Virus record (IMG/VR): IMGVR_UViG_3300037010_002464
Direction: 5' to 3' (one strand)
DNA: 64,000 nt
Source: a virus
How positions within the stretch are numbered: position 1 is the first letter of the stretch; each line of letters begins with the position of its first letter. The notes below the pieces were generated by a model, which was not told where the DNA came from, searched no databases, and saw only the letters and a program-made list of their open reading frames with translations. The position numbers and the translations under genes were made by a program. This document shows, piece after piece, positions 59,236 to 64,000 of this stretch.

Positions 59236-60249
59236 ATGGAGTTGGAATCCCTTATCAGGCAATATGTGCGGCTAGGCAAGCGCTCCCCGAAAGGGTTTGA
59301 GCCTTGCATCTGTGCGGCTTGCAATGACTACAAGACTCGCGGCGGCTTCAAGTTCGAGAGCGGCGTCATCGGGTACCATTGCTTCAACTGTGGGCTCGAC
59401 ACCAAGTTTGACTCGACCGCCTACAGCACTCCGTCTGAGAAGTTCCGCAACCTGCTGCAGTCCTTCGGCGTCGCCGAGGAGGAGCTCTCCAAAGCTATCG
59501 GCAAAGCGTTCATCGAGCGGCAGGGATTCTCACCCGCAGCACTCCAGCAAGCAAAGCCGACCTGGTCGCCGCCCAAGACCTTCGAAGCGCCACCCGGAGC
59601 GGTACCTGTGATGTCTGATGACTCTCCTTGGTGTGAGATCGCTCGCCTCTACCTGCAGGAGCGGGCGCTTGACCCAGCGGCCTACGGCTACCTCGTTAGC
59701 GATAGCCCAAAGCTTGCAGGGCGAGTCATCATCCCCTATTACCACCGTGACAGGCTCATATATTGGCAAGCGCGAGCGCTTATTGATACAATGGATCCAC
59801 GGTACTACAACCCGCCGGCCTCCGACAAGGAGAAGCTCATCTTCAACTATGATGAGCTGCAGACCGGGTCAGGTAACCTGTATGTCACTGAAGGTGCGCT
59901 TGATGCGTTAAGCATCGGCTCCGCGGTGGCGCTCTCTGACAGCCACGCAAGCGAGTGGAAGTTTCAAGAGCTACGGAAGGCGGCCTCCCACGGCCGCAAG
60001 ATAGTGTTCGTCACCGACAAGAACAAAGTCGGGTATGACCTAGGCGTCGCGGCCCTCAAAGAAGGCTGGAGCATAGCAGTCATGCCCGACGGGCTCGATG
60101 ACGCTAACCGGTGCAGAATGCGGTTTGGGCGGCTTTGGCTGCTTAATCACCTCGCCTCCACTAACGCCTCGGGCATTGCGGGAGAGGTGCTACTACGCAT
60201 GAAGTGCGACCGGACAGACCCAAAACGAAAGCAGAAACATGACCGTTGA
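59236..60249 (+). CDS. DNA primase (gp61-like)
   Basis: CAAC...YHCFNC Zn finger; RVIIP, YWQAR; TOPRIM VTEGALDA, DKNK.G. Confidence 0.92.
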   Translation: MELESLIRQYVRLGKRSPKGFEPCICAACNDYKTRGGFKFESGVIGYHCFNCGLDTKFDSTAYSTPSEKFRNLLQSFGVAEEELSKAIGKAFIERQGFSPAALQQAKPTWSPPKTFEAPPGAVPVMSDDSPWCEIARLYLQERALDPAAYGYLVSDSPKLAGRVIIPYYHRDRLIYWQARALIDTMDPRYYNPPASDKEKLIFNYDELQTGSGNLYVTEGALDALSIGSAVALSDSHASEWKFQELRKAASHGRKIVFVTDKNKVGYDLGVAALKEGWSIAVMPDGLDDANRCRMRFGRLWLLNHLASTNASGIAGEVLLRMKCDRTDPKRKQKHDR

Positions 60250-61654
60250 AAAGGAGCGTTTGCTCCTCAGCTACCTGGTGAACGACTCGACGCTGTTCAC
60301 CCGCACGAACCACATCATCGACCCGAAGTACTTTGACCCATCGCTGAAGAGCGCGGTCACCTTCATCAAGGCCTACTATGAGCAATACAAGGGCCTTCCG
60401 TCACAAGCGCAGCTTTATGCTGAGCAAGGCCTCACCCTCCCTGCGGTACAGGGCATTCCGAGCGAGGCTAAGTACGCAGAGACCGAGCTCGAGACCTTTT
60501 GCCGTGACAAGGCGATTGAGCACGCCATCTATGCCAGCGTCGACCTGCTGAAAGACCAGAAGCTGGCTGAGATCGAGCGCCTCATTCGAGACGCCATCAC
60601 CATCAGCCTGCAGCGTAACCTAGGCACCGACTACTTCGCTGACCCAGAGGCTCGTCTCAACCTGCTGCAGACTCAAAGCAAGCCGGTACCTACGCTGTAC
60701 CGTAGGCTCGACGAAGCGCTTGGCGGCGGCCTGCCTCGGAAGGGCATGATCATCTTTGCGGCGCCGTCAGGTGTGGGCAAGTCGTTGACCATGTCCAACG
60801 TCGCCCGCAACCTAATGATGCAGGGGATGCACGGCATCTACTTCTCGCTCGAGCTGTCCGAGGAGATGGTGTCGAAGCGTTTCGACTCGATGTTCACTGG
60901 CATCAGCCAAGGCGCGATCCTCACCGACATCACGAAGACCAGCATCCAGGTGCGGAAGGCCCAAGAGCGGGCCCAAGGCACGCTAATGATCAAGCGCCTG
61001 CCCGAGTCAGCTACCAACGCTAACCACCTCAAGGCTTACCTCAAGGAGTACGAGCTCATTCACAAGCGAATCCCCGACTTCGTGGTCGTCGACTACCTTG
61101 ACCTGATGGCCTCCAACGAGAAGGTATCGGTTGAGAACCAGTTCATCAAGGACAAGTACGTAGCTGAAGAGCTGCGCGCCATCGCCGATGAGAACAACCT
61201 CATGATGATCACGGCTTCGCAGCTGAACCGTGGCGCGCAACAGATCGAATCGCTCGATGAGTTGAATCAAGCTCACATCGCAGGCGGCATCTCGAAGATC
61301 AACACCACCGACAACCTGGTTGCAATCATCCAGACCCCCCAGATGAAGGCGCGCAACGAGATGGTCTTCAAGATGCTGAAGACACGGTCATCAGCAGGCG
61401 TGGGTAGTTACTTCATCATGAAGTTTGACCCGGTCTCCCTACGGCTGTCTAACCTCGAGGAGGACGAGCCGCCTGTCACGCTCGCTGACTCGCTCAGCAA
61501 GTTCAGGAAGCCTGGCGGGGCCGCTCCTTCACCTGCTAGCGAACCGCCGCCCTGGGAGGACGCCGGCTCATCAGGGCTGGGAAGCCTTCCACGGCCCACT
61601 CCTAAGCACGGCTTAGGCCTGCCTAGCAACCTCGATGACATCTTCAAAGTATGA
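60239..61654 (+). CDS. Replicative helicase (gp41/DnaB-like)
   Basis: APSGVGKS, SLELSE, VVDYLDLM, TASQLNR, KTR. Confidence 0.95.
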   Translation: MTVEKERLLLSYLVNDSTLFTRTNHIIDPKYFDPSLKSAVTFIKAYYEQYKGLPSQAQLYAEQGLTLPAVQGIPSEAKYAETELETFCRDKAIEHAIYASVDLLKDQKLAEIERLIRDAITISLQRNLGTDYFADPEARLNLLQTQSKPVPTLYRRLDEALGGGLPRKGMIIFAAPSGVGKSLTMSNVARNLMMQGMHGIYFSLELSEEMVSKRFDSMFTGISQGAILTDITKTSIQVRKAQERAQGTLMIKRLPESATNANHLKAYLKEYELIHKRIPDFVVVDYLDLMASNEKVSVENQFIKDKYVAEELRAIADENNLMMITASQLNRGAQQIESLDELNQAHIAGGISKINTTDNLVAIIQTPQMKARNEMVFKMLKTRSSAGVGSYFIMKFDPVSLRLSNLEEDEPPVTLADSLSKFRKPGGAAPSPASEPPPWEDAGSSGLGSLPRPTPKHGLGLPSNLDDIFKV

Positions 61655-61806
61655 ACGTCGCTAACTTCATGTTTGCCCTCATCTGTCTCAGTTCAGGGTT
61701 GTCCCTGCTGTCGTCAGCGCTAACTAATCAAACACGCAAGGAGCGAGTATTCATGGGCTACTTTGCCCTGTTTACTTGCTCCATGTTGCTGATTTTCGGC
61801 ACCTAA
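61651..61806 (+). CDS. 51-aa two-TM protein
   Basis: ATGA overlap with the helicase; two hydrophobic helices. Confidence 0.5.
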   Translation: MNVANFMFALICLSSGLSLLSSALTNQTRKERVFMGYFALFTCSMLLIFGT

Positions 61807-61836
61807 ATACTACCTCATACCCCATAGGAGAGCCAC

Positions 61837-62193
61837 ATGGCCAAGCTTGACGAGATCACCACTTTCAACCTCGACGGCAACACATACGCCGTTTCAACCC
61901 TCAACCAGGACATGCGCGAGCTCCTGACGGTCTATCTTGAGACCGAGGACACTATCCGCGGCCACAAAAAGGCGCTACTCGTGTCACAGCATGCTCTCGC
62001 TAGTATGGGCAACATGTTCCGCGACCTAATCAAGGACCTGCCGGCTCTGAGCCCTGAGGAGGTCGACCGGTTGGCCGCAGCCGCAGCCGTGGCCTCGGGC
62101 ACGGTCCCGCAGCCACCCCAGCCGGCCAATGACCCGGCCATTCCTGGCCCCGCCGTAAAGCGCCCGAGCATCAACCGGAAGCGCGGGACCTGA
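61837..62193 (+). CDS. Hypothetical late protein
   Basis: TAAATA 61804, AGGAG SD; LDGNTYAV..L then coiled coil. Confidence 0.65.
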   Translation: MAKLDEITTFNLDGNTYAVSTLNQDMRELLTVYLETEDTIRGHKKALLVSQHALASMGNMFRDLIKDLPALSPEEVDRLAAAAAVASGTVPQPPQPANDPAIPGPAVKRPSINRKRGT

Positions 62194-62241
62194 ACGTTGC
62201 AGCATGGCAAGCTTTCGGCCAATAAATAGCCGCTAGCCGCC

Positions 62242-63897
62242 ATGAAACATACATTCAAGACCCTCGTAACTCGCGCTAAGGTCCTCCTCAAGGAGGACGC
62301 TTACGGCATCACTCACCTCGAGGACCTGCCGATCGAGACGTTCCTTCGGATGCTTAAAGAGCTTCCGAAGCTTCGCTGTGTCCAAAAGCTAGACGGCGCC
62401 AACCTAGTCTTAGGTGTTGATGTGCAAGGTCGGTTCTATACCTCGCGCGAGCAGAAGGGCGGCGACCGGTTCTACAAGGTCGCTGACTTCCCGAAGCGCC
62501 CGGCATATGACGGCTTCAAGACGGCGCATGCGGCGCTCGAAGAAGCCAAAGACACCATCATGAAGGTGCTCAAGCCTGGTATGGCTATCAGCTGCGAGGT
62601 CATCTACGGCGATCAGCCTAACACGGTCATCTACGGCCGTGGCGGCATGTCCTATGTCGCCTTCCTCGAGCCTGTGCCAGGCGATGACCCAACGCACAAG
62701 CTTGACTATACGCTGGCGAAGCGCTTGACCGAAGCGCTTGACGGCCAAGTTGTCAACACGAATATCGATGCAGCGGACACCACCGACGGTATCAACTTTG
62801 TCAAGATTCCTCGCCCGATGAAGTGGTCGTTCTCTCGCTCGGACGTTGTGCCGCCTGAAGAGATCGCCAAGGTTCGCTACAAGGACATGCTCGACTCGCT
62901 TGAGAAGTTCCTCGAGCAGCCCTGCGGCGGCGCCGAAGACATCGGCATCGACATGACCAACTATGAGGTGACCAAGGACAAGGGACAGAAGCTCGGCGAG
63001 GTGCGCAAGGCTCTCAATGAGAAGATTCGCACCGACTACATGATCCCGATCAAGAACGAGTTTCTTGAGAACTTGGTACGAAAGCAGAAGCCTAGCCTGC
63101 GCAGCAGCAAGTCCGATGACGCAGGCTTCATGAGTATCGAAGGCTTGATCTTCACCGACAAAGAGACCAGCGAACGCTTCAAGATCGTAGACCGTGACGA
63201 CTTCACAGCCGTCAACAAGTTCTTCTATCAAGTGCGCAACCGGATCGTCGGCCGAATCACGACCTCAAACGAGGACCTCTCCCTCGAGTCGCGCGGCGGC
63301 ATCATCGGCGATGCCAAGGTTCGGTGCATGCGCCTCTTCAGCATCCCTGACCTCGAGATGCCTGGCCAGGCTAAGCGAGCCCTCGAGCCCTTCAAGGCTG
63401 ACACCCGCCAAGAGACCCTGAAGAAGCTGCAAGAGACCGTTAAGTCGCTCAACTTCATGGCGATCAAGCGCAAGATGGCCGCAGTCATGACTCATTGCAT
63501 GTCAGAGCTCGAAGACGAGTTGGACGAGTTCAAGAGCACGGTTGACGAGCTCGAGCTTCAGTTGCCGACCGGCAAGACAGTCAAGTACACCCCGGAGATT
63601 CGGCGCCGGACGCTCATGACCTTCGCTGAAGGCTTCATGACCGTCAACCAAAGCCTGCGGGCCATCAGGTCAGCAAACGGCTTTACGGACCTCTTCGAGT
63701 TCTACCTCAAGGACGCCCTTGACGTGATGTATCCGAAGAACCCGCAAAAGGTCGCCGTGCCTCCGCCGCCTGATGACGAGCAGGACGAGCTCAAGGACGA
63801 GCCTACTGACGAAGACCTGCCTCCTGAAGAGGAGCAAGCTGAAGCGCCTGAGGAAGAAGGCGCTGAAGGCGAGCAGAAGCCAGGGGAGGAAGAGTGA
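62242..63897 (+). CDS. Ligase-like covalent nucleotidyltransferase-fold protein, late
   Basis: THLEDL, QKLDGAN (KxDG), SCEVI, IEGLIF, FKIVD; TAAATAGC at 62223; acidic tail. Confidence 0.65.
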   Translation: MKHTFKTLVTRAKVLLKEDAYGITHLEDLPIETFLRMLKELPKLRCVQKLDGANLVLGVDVQGRFYTSREQKGGDRFYKVADFPKRPAYDGFKTAHAALEEAKDTIMKVLKPGMAISCEVIYGDQPNTVIYGRGGMSYVAFLEPVPGDDPTHKLDYTLAKRLTEALDGQVVNTNIDAADTTDGINFVKIPRPMKWSFSRSDVVPPEEIAKVRYKDMLDSLEKFLEQPCGGAEDIGIDMTNYEVTKDKGQKLGEVRKALNEKIRTDYMIPIKNEFLENLVRKQKPSLRSSKSDDAGFMSIEGLIFTDKETSERFKIVDRDDFTAVNKFFYQVRNRIVGRITTSNEDLSLESRGGIIGDAKVRCMRLFSIPDLEMPGQAKRALEPFKADTRQETLKKLQETVKSLNFMAIKRKMAAVMTHCMSELEDELDEFKSTVDELELQLPTGKTVKYTPEIRRRTLMTFAEGFMTVNQSLRAIRSANGFTDLFEFYLKDALDVMYPKNPQKVAVPPPPDDEQDELKDEPTDEDLPPEEEQAEAPEEEGAEGEQKPGEEE

Positions 63898-64000
63898 CAG
63901 CTCAGATGCAACGCTTGCGCGGCGCTGACTCGGACACGGTCAAGAATGCGTTCTTCGCTAACTACCTTGCTGCCTTGCTCATGGCACGCTTGCATGACTT
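63894..64000 (+). CDS. 5' end of the next gene (partial)
   Basis: GTGA overlap; open to the window end. Confidence 0.5.
   Translation, partial: MTAQMQRLRGADSDTVKNAFFANYLAALLMARLHD

Noticed and set aside
50081-63495. Numerous long antisense ORFs opposite replication genes
   Set aside because: Expected shadow frames from strong C/G third-position bias in the real genes

Overview
This is a 64-kb segment of a large T4-related (probably jumbo) myovirus infecting a Gram-negative host; two-component spanins are present. 1-26 kb: baseplate and tail module (tube initiator, gp53/LysM, hub, gp5/VgrG spike, gp25, gp6, a 2843-aa wedge protein, fibres including a Hint-tipped and a collagen-like one). 27-36 kb: a prolyl-hydroxylase-like gene, a Pro/Thr/Ser-rich fibre, then a tightly packed 10-gene tailoring operon (orphan TOMM/RRE-like scaffold, GNATs, two fatty-acid desaturases, two Asn-synthetase-like ATP pyrophosphatases, a PhyH dioxygenase, a permuted papain-like enzyme). 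36-39 kb: lysis genes. 41-64 kb: ClpP, PhoH, exonuclease, PolB, HslV-like protease, clamp, RNase H/FEN, primase, helicase and a ligase-like protein. The most notable unexplained structures are three. (1) The RiPP-like/lipid tailoring operon. (2) A dispersed family of about 13 otherwise unrelated small genes sharing an 'L-x-x-QQ-x-x-I-[DE]' helix, usually behind an 'MKLxxL[LF]E' capsid-targeting-like leader. (3) A ~285-nt almost fully paired RNA behind a late promoter at 57.7 kb. TAAATA(GC) late-promoter boxes punctuate the window, and frameshifted relics are confined to accessory genes. All family assignments come from motif recognition by eye; no database search was run.
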